From an uncultured Eubacteriales bacterium (lineage in GTDB: Bacteria; Bacillota; Clostridia; Saccharofermentanales; UBA5734): a stretch of DNA of 64,000 bases. Both the position numbers and the translations under genes were made by a program. Under the pieces are notes generated by a model that saw only the letters and a list, made by a program, of their open reading frames with translations, was not told the origin of the DNA and made no database searches. Position 1 is the first letter of the stretch. Every line of letters starts with the position of its first letter. Positions 1-9,397 of the stretch are shown here, piece after piece. The DNA is taken from positions 4,839-68,838 of the forward strand of contig CAILLO010000006.1 of assembly GCA_903835065.1 (NCBI GenBank), written 5' to 3'.

Positions 1-53
1 GGTCCATGGTCCGATGAAGAACGAGCGGACCGGATTCGAAGGGAACCACGAGG

Positions 54-392
54 ATGGCCCGAGGTCATCGAAAGGAAGGTAGCGACATGAACGGACAGAA
101 CCCGAAGAAATCCAGGTACTCGAAGAGAATGACCCTGATGGTGCTGGCACTGGCCATCGCGGTGGTGGCCGGTTCGGCAGTGGCGGTCTCGGCCGCGACG
201 ACGACTCCGACGCCAGTGACGACCGGGACGATCACCCAGGCGCAGTCCGACATGATGACGACCGCGGAAGCGACCGAGCACCAGAACATGGACGCGAACG
301 GCCACAAGGGCGGCGGTCGTCCGAACGACAATGACGCCGACGACGCGACCAGCACCACCACGACCACCCCGGCCGCGACCACGGCCGCCTGA
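54..392 (+). CDS. Hypothetical small secreted/membrane-anchored Thr-rich low-complexity protein (likely start at ATG 84 after a GGAAGG RBS)
   Basis: Hydrophobic N-terminal segment (MTLMVLALAIAVVAGSAVAVSAA) followed by a T/P/A-rich low-complexity tail. An RBS-like GGAAGG lies upstream of the internal ATG. No recognisable family. Confidence 0.35.
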   Translation: MARGHRKEGSDMNGQNPKKSRYSKRMTLMVLALAIAVVAGSAVAVSAATTTPTPVTTGTITQAQSDMMTTAEATEHQNMDANGHKGGGRPNDNDADDATSTTTTTPAATTAA

Positions 393-604
393 GTCCGGGA
401 GTCCAGCGACCCCAGCCGGGCCGGAAGGCCCGGAGGAGCCGGGACGTTCCTCCGTCTTTGCCGTTGCGACGGACAAGGGCGGGGAGAGCGTCGGAAAGGG
501 AACGACCGATTTGTAAACGCCACCCGCCCGGACTATACTCGAGTCATCGTCGATCACCGCAAGGCGCTTCTTCAAGCGCATTTCGAACCTGGAGGGAAAT
601 CAGG

Positions 605-934
605 ATGGAATGGGAGAACAAGGTTCAGGAACCGACCGGAACCGAAGCCGCCGCCGTCGTGGAAGTCGAGCCCGCGGTCTTCGACGAGCTCGTCGACGCA
701 GCCGCGGAGACGGAGGAGAAGTCCGGGAAGCACGATAAGAAGAAGCACAAGATCCGCAAGCTGTGCAAGCTCGTGAAGAAGGACTTCCTGGAAGGCGACC
801 TCGAGGCGTACAAGGCGCTCGTGGTCGATTCCAAGTGGGTCTGCACCGAGTGCGGGCGCGCGTCCAACGACCCGGCGAGGCTCCACGCCCCCGTTCCGCT
901 CGAGAAGGCGGAAGAGGAGACTCCGACCGAGTGA
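605..934 (+). CDS. Hypothetical acidic/Lys-rich small protein with a C-terminal Cys cluster, immediately upstream of ppk1
   Basis: GGAGGG RBS about 9 nt before the ATG at about 605. Acidic N-terminus, then a KHDKKKHKIRKLCKLVKK basic patch and a CTECGR motif. The gap to ppk1 is 20 bp. Confidence 0.4.
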   Translation: MEWENKVQEPTGTEAAAVVEVEPAVFDELVDAAAETEEKSGKHDKKKHKIRKLCKLVKKDFLEGDLEAYKALVVDSKWVCTECGRASNDPARLHAPVPLEKAEEETPTE

Positions 935-954
935 GCGCTCGAGGGGCGCCATGA

Positions 955-3030
955 ATGGATAGGCTGGACTTCAACGACCCCGCGCATTATATCAACCGGG
1001 AACTGAGCTGGCTGGAATTCAACGACCGCGTTCTGGAGGAGGCGAAGGACAAGGGGAACCCGCTGTTCGAGAGGCTGAAGTTCCTCTCGATCACGGGCTC
1101 GAATCTCGACGAGTTCTTCATGATTCGCGTCGGCTCGATCAAGGACCAGCACCGGGCAGGGTTCAACCGCGCCGATTTCGCGGGGCTGACGCCGAAGAAA
1201 CAGCTGACCCTGATTTCCTTGCGCGCGCACGATCTCGTCGAGACCCTCTACAGCACCTGGACCAAGTCGCTCCTCCCGCTGCTGCGCAAGAACGGCCTCT
1301 ACGTCCTGTCCGAAAAGGACCTGAGCGAGAAGCAGCGAAGCTTCGCGAAGGAATACTTCGACGGTACCGCCTTCCCCGTCCTGACGCCGATGGCGATGGA
1401 CCAGAGCCGACGCTTCCCCCTGATCCTCAACCTGAGCCTCAACATCGCCGTCCTGCTCAAGAAGAAGGACGAGGCGGACGAGCACGTCTTCGCCACGGTC
1501 CAGGTCCCGTCCGTGCTGCCCCGCCTGGTCGAGGTCCCCCGGTCGGACGAACACCCCGGCCGGTGCTTCCTGCCTCTGGAGGACCTCCTGCTCGCCTTCC
1601 TGCACCGCCTCTTCCCGGGGCGCGAGATCGTGGCGGCGCATCCGTACCGGATCACGCGCAACGCCGACCTGACGCTCGAGGAGGAGGAGGCGCAGGACCT
1701 CCTGATTGAAATCGAGAAATCACTCAAGAAGCGCCGCTGGGGGATGGCCGTCCGGCTCGAGGTCCACCACGCGATGGACGAGAAACTGCTGGCGACGCTC
1801 AAGGAGGCCCTCGAGATCCACTCCGAGGACATCTACGCCGTGAAGGGTCCGCTCGACGTGACCGGGTTCCTGTCGCTCTGCTCGCTGCCCGCTTTCGAAT
1901 CCCTGCACTACCGGCCCTTCGAACCCCAGACGCCCCGCGCCCTGGTCGGCCGGGACGACCTCTTCGAGGTCATCCGGGAGAAGGACGTGTTCCTGCACCA
2001 CCCCTACGACTCCTTCGACCCGGTCGTCGAGTTCATTCGACGCGCCGCGGCGGACCCGGACGTCCTCGCGATCAAGCAGACCCTCTACCGCGTCAGCGGC
2101 GACTCCCCGGTCGTGAAGGCTCTCGCTCTGGCCGCCGAGGCCAAGAAGCAGGTGATGGTCCTGCTCGAGGTCAAGGCGCGCTTCGACGAGGAGAACAACA
2201 TCTTCTGGGCGAAGCGGCTGGAGCAGGCGGGCTGCCACGTGATCTACGGCCTGGTCGGCCTGAAGACGCACTGCAAGATCACGCTGGTCGTGCGCCGGGA
2301 AGAGACCGGCATCCAGCGCTACGTGCACCTCGGCACGGGCAACTACAACGACATCACGGCGCGGGTCTACACCGACATGGGCCTGTTCACGTGCAAGGAA
2401 CCGTTCGGTGCGGACGCCTCGTCCCTCTTCAACATGCTGTCCGGCTATTCCGAAGGCCCGCAGTGGAACCGCCTCGAGGCGGCCCCGAACGGTCTCCGGA
2501 AGCGGTTCCTCGAGCTGATCGAGGCCGAACGCCAGAACGCGCTCGCCGGCCGGCCGGCGTCGCTCACGGCCAAGATGAACTCCCTCGTCGACCAGGAGTC
2601 GATCGCGGCGCTCTACCGGGCGTCCGCGGCCGGCGTGAAGATCCGGCTCGTCATCCGCGGGATCTGCTGCCTGCGGCCCGGCATCAAGGGGATCAGCGAG
2701 AACATCGAGGTCGTCAGCATCGTCGGCCGCTTCCTCGAGCACAGCCGGATCCTCCACTTCTGCAGCGGAGGCACCGACGCCGTCTACCTCACCAGCGCCG
2801 ACCTGATGCCCCGGAATCTGGACCGCCGCGTGGAACTGATGTACCCCATCGAGGACGAGTCGATCAAGGAGACGATCCTCGGCGTGCTGGACCTCGAGTG
2901 GAACGACACGGTCAAGGCGCGGCAACTGGACGCCACCGGCCGATACCACCGCGTCGAGCGCCACGGGAAGGCGCGCCTGGACAGCCAGGCCGTCCTCTGC
3001 GAGCGCGCCCTGGGGATGGAGACGGAATGA
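955..3030 (+). CDS. ppk: Polyphosphate kinase 1
   Basis: 691 aa. The N-terminus ELSWLEFNDRVLEEA is the canonical PPK1 motif. Length and overall architecture match PPK1. Confidence 0.95.
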   Translation: MDRLDFNDPAHYINRELSWLEFNDRVLEEAKDKGNPLFERLKFLSITGSNLDEFFMIRVGSIKDQHRAGFNRADFAGLTPKKQLTLISLRAHDLVETLYSTWTKSLLPLLRKNGLYVLSEKDLSEKQRSFAKEYFDGTAFPVLTPMAMDQSRRFPLILNLSLNIAVLLKKKDEADEHVFATVQVPSVLPRLVEVPRSDEHPGRCFLPLEDLLLAFLHRLFPGREIVAAHPYRITRNADLTLEEEEAQDLLIEIEKSLKKRRWGMAVRLEVHHAMDEKLLATLKEALEIHSEDIYAVKGPLDVTGFLSLCSLPAFESLHYRPFEPQTPRALVGRDDLFEVIREKDVFLHHPYDSFDPVVEFIRRAAADPDVLAIKQTLYRVSGDSPVVKALALAAEAKKQVMVLLEVKARFDEENNIFWAKRLEQAGCHVIYGLVGLKTHCKITLVVRREETGIQRYVHLGTGNYNDITARVYTDMGLFTCKEPFGADASSLFNMLSGYSEGPQWNRLEAAPNGLRKRFLELIEAERQNALAGRPASLTAKMNSLVDQESIAALYRASAAGVKIRLVIRGICCLRPGIKGISENIEVVSIVGRFLEHSRILHFCSGGTDAVYLTSADLMPRNLDRRVELMYPIEDESIKETILGVLDLEWNDTVKARQLDATGRYHRVERHGKARLDSQAVLCERALGMETE

Positions 3031-4562
3031 ACGGCGTCGGCAACGGCAAGGTCGCGATCATCGACCTCGGGTCCAACTCGATCCGCATGATTGTCATGAA
3101 GATCGCGGAGAACGGCGCCTACCGGATGATCGACCAGGCCAAGGATTCGGCTCGGCTGAGCGAGGGCATGTCGTCCACGGACCGGCTGGGCGGGCCGTCG
3201 ATGGACCGCGCGACCGAGACGCTCGGACTGTTCCGCAAGCTGATCGATTCGCACCAGGCGGAACACGTGGTGGCGCTCGCGACCGCCGCCGTGCGCAATG
3301 CGTCGAACGGCGGAGCCTTCCTCGAACGCGTCCGGAAGGAGACCGGACTGGAATTCACGGTGGCGACCGGCGAACAGGAATCGTACTTCGACTACCTCGG
3401 CGTCATCAACACGCTCGACGTCCGGGACTGTCTGATCCTCGACACCGGCGGCGGCAGCACGGAGATCGTCCAGGTGGCGGACCGCAGGCTCGCGAACGCG
3501 GTCAGCATCCCCTACGGCGCCGTCGTCCTCACCGAGGGGTTCCTGAACGGTGGCAACCCTTCGCGGTCCGACTTGAAGAAGACCGAGGAGTTCCTTGCGA
3601 TACGGATCCGGGAGATCCCCTGGCTGCGGAACCTCCGCGGCACGACGGTCGTCGGGCTCGGCGGATCGATCCGCAACCTCGCCAAGATCCACCGGAACCA
3701 GAAGGGCTTCGACCAGTTCGGCCTGCACAACTACGCCGTCGGGGCCGCCGACGTCGCGGCCGGCTACGAGCGGCTCTCGGGCCTGCGGACCGACGAACGG
3801 CGGAAGATCCAGGGCCTCGGCAAGGACCGCGCCGACATCATCCTCGGCGGCCTGGTCCCGCTGAAGGCCGTCATGGAAATGACCCGGGCCGAACGGCTCC
3901 TGATCTGCGGCCACGGCCTCCGGGACGGGGTCTTCTTCGACCGCTTCCATGAACGGCTGGGCATGGACGACGCGGTCGTCGACGACGTGCTCGAGCACAG
4001 CCTCCTCAACACGATGAGGATCTACGAGGCGAACATCCCGCACGGCAACCACGTGCGCGACCTCTCCCTCGCGATGTTCGACCAGCTCCGGGAACTCCAC
4101 GGGCTGGGCGACGCGCACCGCCGGCTGCTCACGGTCGGCGCCCTGCTGCACGACATCGGACTGTACGTCGGCTACTACGACCACCACGCGCACGGCTTCT
4201 ACCTCGCCCTCCACTCGGAGATCGACGGCCTGTCCCACCGTGAGCTCGTCCAGAGCGCCTTCGTGATCGCCCTGCACCGCAACGAGGACTTCCGGCGCGA
4301 CTGGACCGAATTCCCGCTCTACATGGACCGCGCCGACTACGAGGCCGTCCTGCGGCTCGGACTCATGGTCCGCATCGCCGAGGGGCTCGACCGCAACGAA
4401 TACGGCTACGTGGACGGGTTGCAGTGCCGGATTGGGAAGGACCGGGTCGACCTGGTCCTGTCGACGAAGCGGATCGCCGACGTGGAGATCGCGACGGCGC
4501 GCCTGGCGGCGAAGGAATTCCGGAAACGCTTCGGTAGGGACCTCCAGATCGGATACGGTTGA
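3027..4562 (+). CDS. ppx: Exopolyphosphatase / guanosine pentaphosphate phosphohydrolase (Ppx/GppA) with C-terminal HD domain
   Basis: ATG overlaps the ppk stop (ATGA). The N-terminus KVAIIDLGSNSIRMIV is the Ppx/GppA actin-like fold. The C-terminus HDIGLYVGYYDHHAHGFY is an HD motif. Confidence 0.9.
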   Translation: MNGVGNGKVAIIDLGSNSIRMIVMKIAENGAYRMIDQAKDSARLSEGMSSTDRLGGPSMDRATETLGLFRKLIDSHQAEHVVALATAAVRNASNGGAFLERVRKETGLEFTVATGEQESYFDYLGVINTLDVRDCLILDTGGGSTEIVQVADRRLANAVSIPYGAVVLTEGFLNGGNPSRSDLKKTEEFLAIRIREIPWLRNLRGTTVVGLGGSIRNLAKIHRNQKGFDQFGLHNYAVGAADVAAGYERLSGLRTDERRKIQGLGKDRADIILGGLVPLKAVMEMTRAERLLICGHGLRDGVFFDRFHERLGMDDAVVDDVLEHSLLNTMRIYEANIPHGNHVRDLSLAMFDQLRELHGLGDAHRRLLTVGALLHDIGLYVGYYDHHAHGFYLALHSEIDGLSHRELVQSAFVIALHRNEDFRRDWTEFPLYMDRADYEAVLRLGLMVRIAEGLDRNEYGYVDGLQCRIGKDRVDLVLSTKRIADVEIATARLAAKEFRKRFGRDLQIGYG

Positions 4563-4596
4563 CGTCCGGGCCCGGCGGCGAGCCGGCGGGGGAGGG

Positions 4597-5100
4597 GTGA
4601 ACGTGGAACTCGTGCTGGTACGCCATGGGGAGGCGGAGGAGCGGCTACCGGCCTTCGCGGACGCGAACCGCGCCCTGACGGCGCGGGGGACGGACCGGCT
4701 GAAGAAGGCCATGAGAGGCCTGCCGGTGCTGCTCGAGCACCCAGACGACGTCGTCGTGTGGACGAGTCCGCTACTCCGGGCCACCCAGAGCGCCCGCATC
4801 GTGGCCGACCGCTGCGGGGCCGGAGAGCCGGAGGTCCGCGAATTCCTGGCCACGGGCGATTTCGCGGCCTTCGCGGATGCGTACCTCGACGTGCCGCCGA
4901 CGGCCTGCCTGATTCTCGTCGGCCACGAACCGCATCTCGGCGACTGGTGCCGCAGAATCACCGGAAGCGCGCCGGGGATCGGAAAAGGGGACGCCATCGG
5001 AATCGGCGTCGAGTCGCCCGCCCCGCCGGCCGGAAGCCTTCTCTGGAAGATCGATCGCCGCACGCTGGCCCGGCTGGACAAGCGCGCGAGGAGGAGATAG
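4597..5100 (+). CDS. Histidine phosphatase family protein (SixA-like phosphohistidine phosphatase)
   Basis: GTG start after a GGAGGGG RBS. LVLVRHGEAE is the RHG catalytic motif and a conserved GHEPHLG is present. About 167 aa. Confidence 0.7.
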   Translation: MNVELVLVRHGEAEERLPAFADANRALTARGTDRLKKAMRGLPVLLEHPDDVVVWTSPLLRATQSARIVADRCGAGEPEVREFLATGDFAAFADAYLDVPPTACLILVGHEPHLGDWCRRITGSAPGIGKGDAIGIGVESPAPPAGSLLWKIDRRTLARLDKRARRR

Positions 5101-5104
5101 ACCG

Positions 5105-6433
5105 ATGGACAAGGACGCCGGCGTGGAACTGAAGTTCAGGCTCCTCGACCCCGCGGACTTCGAGCGGGTGCTCGCCTCCCTCCCCGGGCTGCCGGGCATC
5201 GCGACCGAGCCCGAGCCGGGCGGGGAATCCGGAGCGGCCTCGGCCGTGGAAGCGGCGCCCGCCGGGACCGGCGCGCCCGCCGCGGTGGAACCCTTCGTCG
5301 CCATGCAGGTCCGCCGGCGTTCGATGCGGATCGCGACCGAGGACGGCGGGCGGATCCGCGTGACCGGCGAGTCGGGGTCGATCCGGGTCGGGGATCGGAC
5401 GCGGTCGGTCTGCGACGTCACCCTGGAACTCCTCATCGGAAGCATGGCGGATCTGGTCGACCTCGCCACCCTGGTGGCGGAAATGGCCCCCATGTACCTC
5501 GCGGTCCGGACGTTGGACGAGCGCGCGCAGGACCTCGGGAAGGGGACCTTGCAGGACTCTGCGGCTCCCGGGACCGCAGGGCTCGATCGACGGGGACGGG
5601 CGGTCGACGGAATCCGACGGAAGCTGCGGAAGTTGTTGCGCGAGGCCATCCGGCGCCAGGAGCTCTTCCTCGACGCGCCCGACGGCATCGAGGAGCTCCA
5701 CCGGCTGCGCGTCTCGATCCGAAGGTTCCGGGCGCTGCTCTCCTTCCTCCGCCCGGCGCTCCCGCCCGGGACCTACGACCGGAATCAGGACCTCCTGCGC
5801 CGTCTCGGCCGTTCGTTCGCGCCGCTCCGCGACCTCGATGTGCTGCTCGACACCTGGGAGGCGATCCAGGCGACCTATCCGGAGTCCGACGCGCGGGAAC
5901 CCTCCCTGAAAGGGCTGCTCCAGGCCGAGCGGACGCGCCTGGAGACGGAGACCGCCTTCGCGCTGTCGCACGGGTCGGCGACGCCCGTCTTCCTCGAGCA
6001 CTGGCGCTGGCTCAACGGGGAGGCGCCCTTCGAGGACGAGGCCTGGACGGACCTGTCGGTCGCGTACGAGGTGCCGCACCGCCTGAAGAAGTGGCGGAAG
6101 GCATTGCGCGCGGGACTCGACGTGCTGCAGGGGTTCGACCCCGCCGCGGTGCACGCGCTCCGCATCCGCTGCAAGAAGCTGCGGTACGTGCTGGAGGAGT
6201 GCGCGGAGGTGCTTCCCGCGAAGTTGCGGAAGAGGACCGAGCGGGTCAGGGACCTGCAGGACCTGCTCGGCGCGGTCTTCGACACGCACCGGGGCATCGA
6301 GGTGCTGGACGCGCTGACGACCGGCCGGCGCTCGTCCGGGATCCAGTACGAGCGCGGCGTTCTCACGGGATTCCTGCAGTACCGGTGCGCCGAGCTCTAC
6401 GCCGAGCTCGCGGTCCGGAAGCGGCGGATCTAG
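5105..6433 (+). CDS. CYTH (triphosphate tunnel) - CHAD domain protein
   Basis: N-terminal VELKFRLLDP..FER region is CYTH-like. The C-terminal part is helical with conserved His and Arg residues (RVSIRRFRALLSFLRP, RIRCKKLRYVLEE), typical of CHAD. CHAD is a polyP-granule-associated domain. Confidence 0.8.
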   Translation: MDKDAGVELKFRLLDPADFERVLASLPGLPGIATEPEPGGESGAASAVEAAPAGTGAPAAVEPFVAMQVRRRSMRIATEDGGRIRVTGESGSIRVGDRTRSVCDVTLELLIGSMADLVDLATLVAEMAPMYLAVRTLDERAQDLGKGTLQDSAAPGTAGLDRRGRAVDGIRRKLRKLLREAIRRQELFLDAPDGIEELHRLRVSIRRFRALLSFLRPALPPGTYDRNQDLLRRLGRSFAPLRDLDVLLDTWEAIQATYPESDAREPSLKGLLQAERTRLETETAFALSHGSATPVFLEHWRWLNGEAPFEDEAWTDLSVAYEVPHRLKKWRKALRAGLDVLQGFDPAAVHALRIRCKKLRYVLEECAEVLPAKLRKRTERVRDLQDLLGAVFDTHRGIEVLDALTTGRRSSGIQYERGVLTGFLQYRCAELYAELAVRKRRI

Positions 6434-6434
6434 C

Positions 6435-7253
6435 CTAGCAGCTCGCGACGACCTCGCGGATCAGCGCCTGGATGTTCTCGGACGGCTGCGGGTAGGACAG
6501 GTCCAGGTCCTCGAGCGTCTTCACGAGCACCTTCAGGACGAGGTAATCCCGGAACCAGCGGTGGTCGGCCGGCACGACGTGCCACGGGGCGTCGGCCGTG
6601 CAGCAGCGGGCCAGCACGTCCTCGTAGCAGGACTGGTACTCGTCCCATTTCTGGCGTTCCTTGAGGTCGGCCTCCGAGAACTTCCAGAACTTGTCCGGAT
6701 TCTCGAGGCGGCTCAGCAGCCTCTCCTTCTGGAATTCCTTCGAGATGTGGAGGAAGAACTTCAGCACGACCGTCTGGTTGTCCACCAGGTACTTCTCGAA
6801 GTCGCGGATCTCGCGGAAGCGGCGGTGGGCCGTCTCGTCGTCGATCTGGCCGTGCACGCGCGTGACGAGGACGTCCTCGTAGTAGGACCGGTTGAACACC
6901 GTGATGTCGCCGCGGAGGGGCGTCTTGCGGTGGATGCGCCACAGGTAGTCGTGCCCGGACTCCTCCGGCGTCGGCACCTTGAAGGTCTCGACGCGGAAGC
7001 CGCTCGGGTTCAGGTTCGTCATGGCGTTCTTGACCGTGCCGTCCTTGCCGCTGCAGTCCATCCCCTGGAGGACGATCAGCAACCCGTGGCTCCGGCTCGC
7101 GTAGAACCTGTCCTGGAGTTCGACGACCTTCTCCTGGAGCTTGGCGTACTCCGCCTCCACGTCCTCCTTCGAAAGGCCGTCCGTGTCGTCGGGGTCGTAG
7201 TCCTTGAGGCGGACCTTCGCGTCCTCGCCATCGATCGTGTATTTCCCGATCAT
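6435..7253 (-). CDS. ppk2: Polyphosphate kinase 2 (polyP:nucleotide phosphotransferase)
   Basis: Walker A-like GMDCSGKDG and PPK2 lid motifs, about 272 aa. Start chosen at MIGKYT, which follows a GGGAGGG RBS. The ORF extends to 7304. Confidence 0.85.
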   Translation of the reverse strand: MIGKYTIDGEDAKVRLKDYDPDDTDGLSKEDVEAEYAKLQEKVVELQDRFYASRSHGLLIVLQGMDCSGKDGTVKNAMTNLNPSGFRVETFKVPTPEESGHDYLWRIHRKTPLRGDITVFNRSYYEDVLVTRVHGQIDDETAHRRFREIRDFEKYLVDNQTVVLKFFLHISKEFQKERLLSRLENPDKFWKFSEADLKERQKWDEYQSCYEDVLARCCTADAPWHVVPADHRWFRDYLVLKVLVKTLEDLDLSYPQPSENIQALIREVVASC

Positions 7254-7378
7254 CGCACCCTCCCTGCCGTCGGACCGGACCGCCGGACCGCTTTCCTCGA
7301 GCATACCACTTCCGACCGGCGCAAGCGCCGCCGGAGGGTGGAGCGATCCGGGTCATCCCGTCGAGCGGTCGACGCCTT

Positions 7379-8462
7379 CTACCGGAACGTCACCAGCCCG
7401 CCCGTGCGCGCGGACTCGTAGGCGCCTTCGAGGATCTGCGTGACGACCAGGGCCTGTTCGGGGTCGACGGCGGGCGGCGCGTCGTGGAGGATGCAGTCCA
7501 CCCAGAGCCGCGCTTCCTGCTGCATGGGGTCGAGCTCGGGGGGGATTCCGGGGAAGACGACGGGGGAGAGGTCGGGCCGGAGGATCGCCGGCTTGCCGTC
7601 GTGGATCAGGTTGAGGCGGACGCCGCCGTTGTCGGCGAACATGTCGACGCCGGCCTTCGTGCCGCACAGCGTCGTCTTCATGTCCTGCCCCTCGGCGATG
7701 TTGATGAGCCAGGCGGCCTCGATCGACACGGTCGCGCCGTTCTCCATCGTGACCAGCGCGAAGCCGCTGTCCTCGACGCGGAAGTCCTCGGTACGCCAGA
7801 TTCCCCAGGGATTCCCCTCCGGCTTGTCGCGCATGAGGTCATGCACGTTGGCGTAGACGCTCTTCGGCTTGTGGTTGTCCATCGCCCACAGCGTCAGGTC
7901 GAGCGAGTGGGGCGCGCCGTCCCACAGGATGCCGCCGCCGTTCTTGTCCGGATCCATGTAGGAGCCCCAGGTCGGGACGCCGCGCCGGCGCAGGCCGTGC
8001 GCCTTCGCGAAGTAGATGTCGCCGAGTTCGCCGCGCTCGCACAGCTGCCTGATGTACATCGCCTCGGGGCGCCAGCGCCACTGGAAGCCGACGGTCAGCT
8101 TCTTGCCGGCCGTCTTCGCGGCGTCGATCATGCGTCGCGCGTCGGTGGCGCGGGTCGCCATGGGCTTCTCGCACAGCACGTGCTTGCCGGCAGCGGACGC
8201 CGCGACGGCGATATCGGCGTGCAGCGCGTTAGGCACGGCGACGACCACGACGTCGACCTTCGGGTCCTGGAGCATCTCCCGATAGTCTACGTAGAGGCGG
8301 GCGTCGGTCAGGCCGGCCTGGCGGGCGGCCGCCTCGGCCTTCGACCGGTCGATGTCGCACAGCGCGACGACCTCCGTCTCCGCCATCCTGGAATAGATGC
8401 GGATGTGCTTGAGCGTGCCGATCCATCCGCAGCCGATGATCCCGAATCCGAGCTTCTTCATG
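7379..8462 (-). CDS. Gfo/Idh/MocA family NAD(P)-dependent oxidoreductase (sugar/inositol dehydrogenase-like)
   Basis: MKKLGFGIIGCGWIG Rossmann motif and an EKP motif. Only the C-terminal 361 codons of the 646-aa track ORF are the real gene. Confidence 0.85.
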
Positions 8463-9249
8463 CCCTTGTCCTCCCGATGAGCTTCCTGGCCTCGCGGAGG
8501 CCGGTTCCGATGTCGTGGCTGGGGAAATACTCGAGGCCCACGCAGCCCGCGTAGCCGGTGGCTTCGATGGCCGCGAACACGGCTTCGTAGCGGATCTCGC
8601 CGGTCGTGATCTCGTGCCGGCCGGGGTGCCCGGCGGCGTGGAAGTGGGCGATGCGCCCGATGTTCCGGGTCAGCGACGGGATCAGGTCGCCTTCCATGAT
8701 CTGCTGGTGGTAGAGGTCGAAAAGGATCTTCACGTTCGGGCTGCCCACTTCGTCGACGAGCCGGAACCCTTCCGTGCAGGTCGGCAGGAAGTAGCCCGGG
8801 TGGTCGACGTGCGTGTTGAGCGGCTCGACCGCGAGCGTCAGGCCGGAGGCCTCGACGAGCGGCGCGGCGGCGCGGAGGCCCGCGACGAGGTTCGCGCGCT
8901 GGAGGTCGTGCGGCACGCCCTCCAGCGTCCAGCCGGCCTGCGTGATCAGGGTCGGGCAGTCGAGGCGCTTCGCCTGCGCGATCGCGACCTTCAGCCCGGC
9001 GAGATATTCGTCGTGGAGGCGCGCGTCGCAGAGGTTGACGAACGAGGTGCAGAAGGCGGCGGTCTCGAGGCCGAGGCGCTCCTTGGCCGCGCGGACGGGC
9101 TCGAGGTCGCGCTTCCCCGGCAGCCAGAACTCGAAGGCGTCGAAGCCGGCTTCCGCGACCTGTTCCATCAGCGGGACGAAGCGATCGACGGGGGTGCCGA
9201 AGACCGCCGGGTCGAAGGCGAACGGGTCGATGCAGACCGAATACTTCAT
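8458..9249 (-). CDS. Sugar phosphate isomerase/epimerase (xylose isomerase-like TIM barrel)
   Basis: Start at MKYSVCID. TIM-barrel family pattern (AGFDAFEFW..., LAVEPLN, HFHAAG). Overlaps the downstream oxidoreductase start by a few nt. Confidence 0.8.
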   Translation of the reverse strand: MKYSVCIDPFAFDPAVFGTPVDRFVPLMEQVAEAGFDAFEFWLPGKRDLEPVRAAKERLGLETAAFCTSFVNLCDARLHDEYLAGLKVAIAQAKRLDCPTLITQAGWTLEGVPHDLQRANLVAGLRAAAPLVEASGLTLAVEPLNTHVDHPGYFLPTCTEGFRLVDEVGSPNVKILFDLYHQQIMEGDLIPSLTRNIGRIAHFHAAGHPGRHEITTGEIRYEAVFAAIEATGYAGCVGLEYFPSHDIGTGLREARKLIGRTRA

Positions 9250-9319
9250 GGCAGGCCCTCCTCCGGAGCCGGTGCCGATTTCGGACCGCGCCCCACGACC
9301 CCATCGTATCGCATCGCAT

Positions 9320-9372
9320 CCGCCATGCATCTCCATTCGATGCACCAATGCATCAGGTCCCGATGCATTCCG
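9320..9372. promoter_or_regulatory. Cluster of ATGCAT palindromes and (C)GATGCA variants in the isomerase / RpiR divergent intergenic region
   Basis: ccATGCATct, cgATGCAcc, caATGCATca and cgATGCATtc occur within about 50 bp, spaced 11-15 bp apart. Confidence 0.45.
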
Positions 9373-9397
9373 CCGGATTCCATGCCATAATGGGCGC

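Noticed and set aside
1720-5081. Long minus-strand ORFs (414 aa, 765 aa) antisense to ppk1/ppx. Similar giant antisense ORFs occur at 4958-6289, 7484-8554, 10861-12837, 14444-16618, 15966-17774, 19256-21064, 23335-24870, 25994-28129, 34091-35983, 42606-44756, 45992-48406, 50466-52154 and 54152-55852.
   Set aside because: Their products are Arg/Pro/Gly/Ala-rich low-complexity sequences with no domain signal. They mirror well-supported genes on the opposite strand. Stop-codon depletion at 70% GC generates such shadows.
7379-9319. Track ORF of 646 aa reading through two genes
   Set aside because: Only the C-terminal 361 codons (from MKKLGFG) look like a Gfo/Idh/MocA protein. The upstream part is Arg-rich junk in the frame opposite the real sugar isomerase gene.
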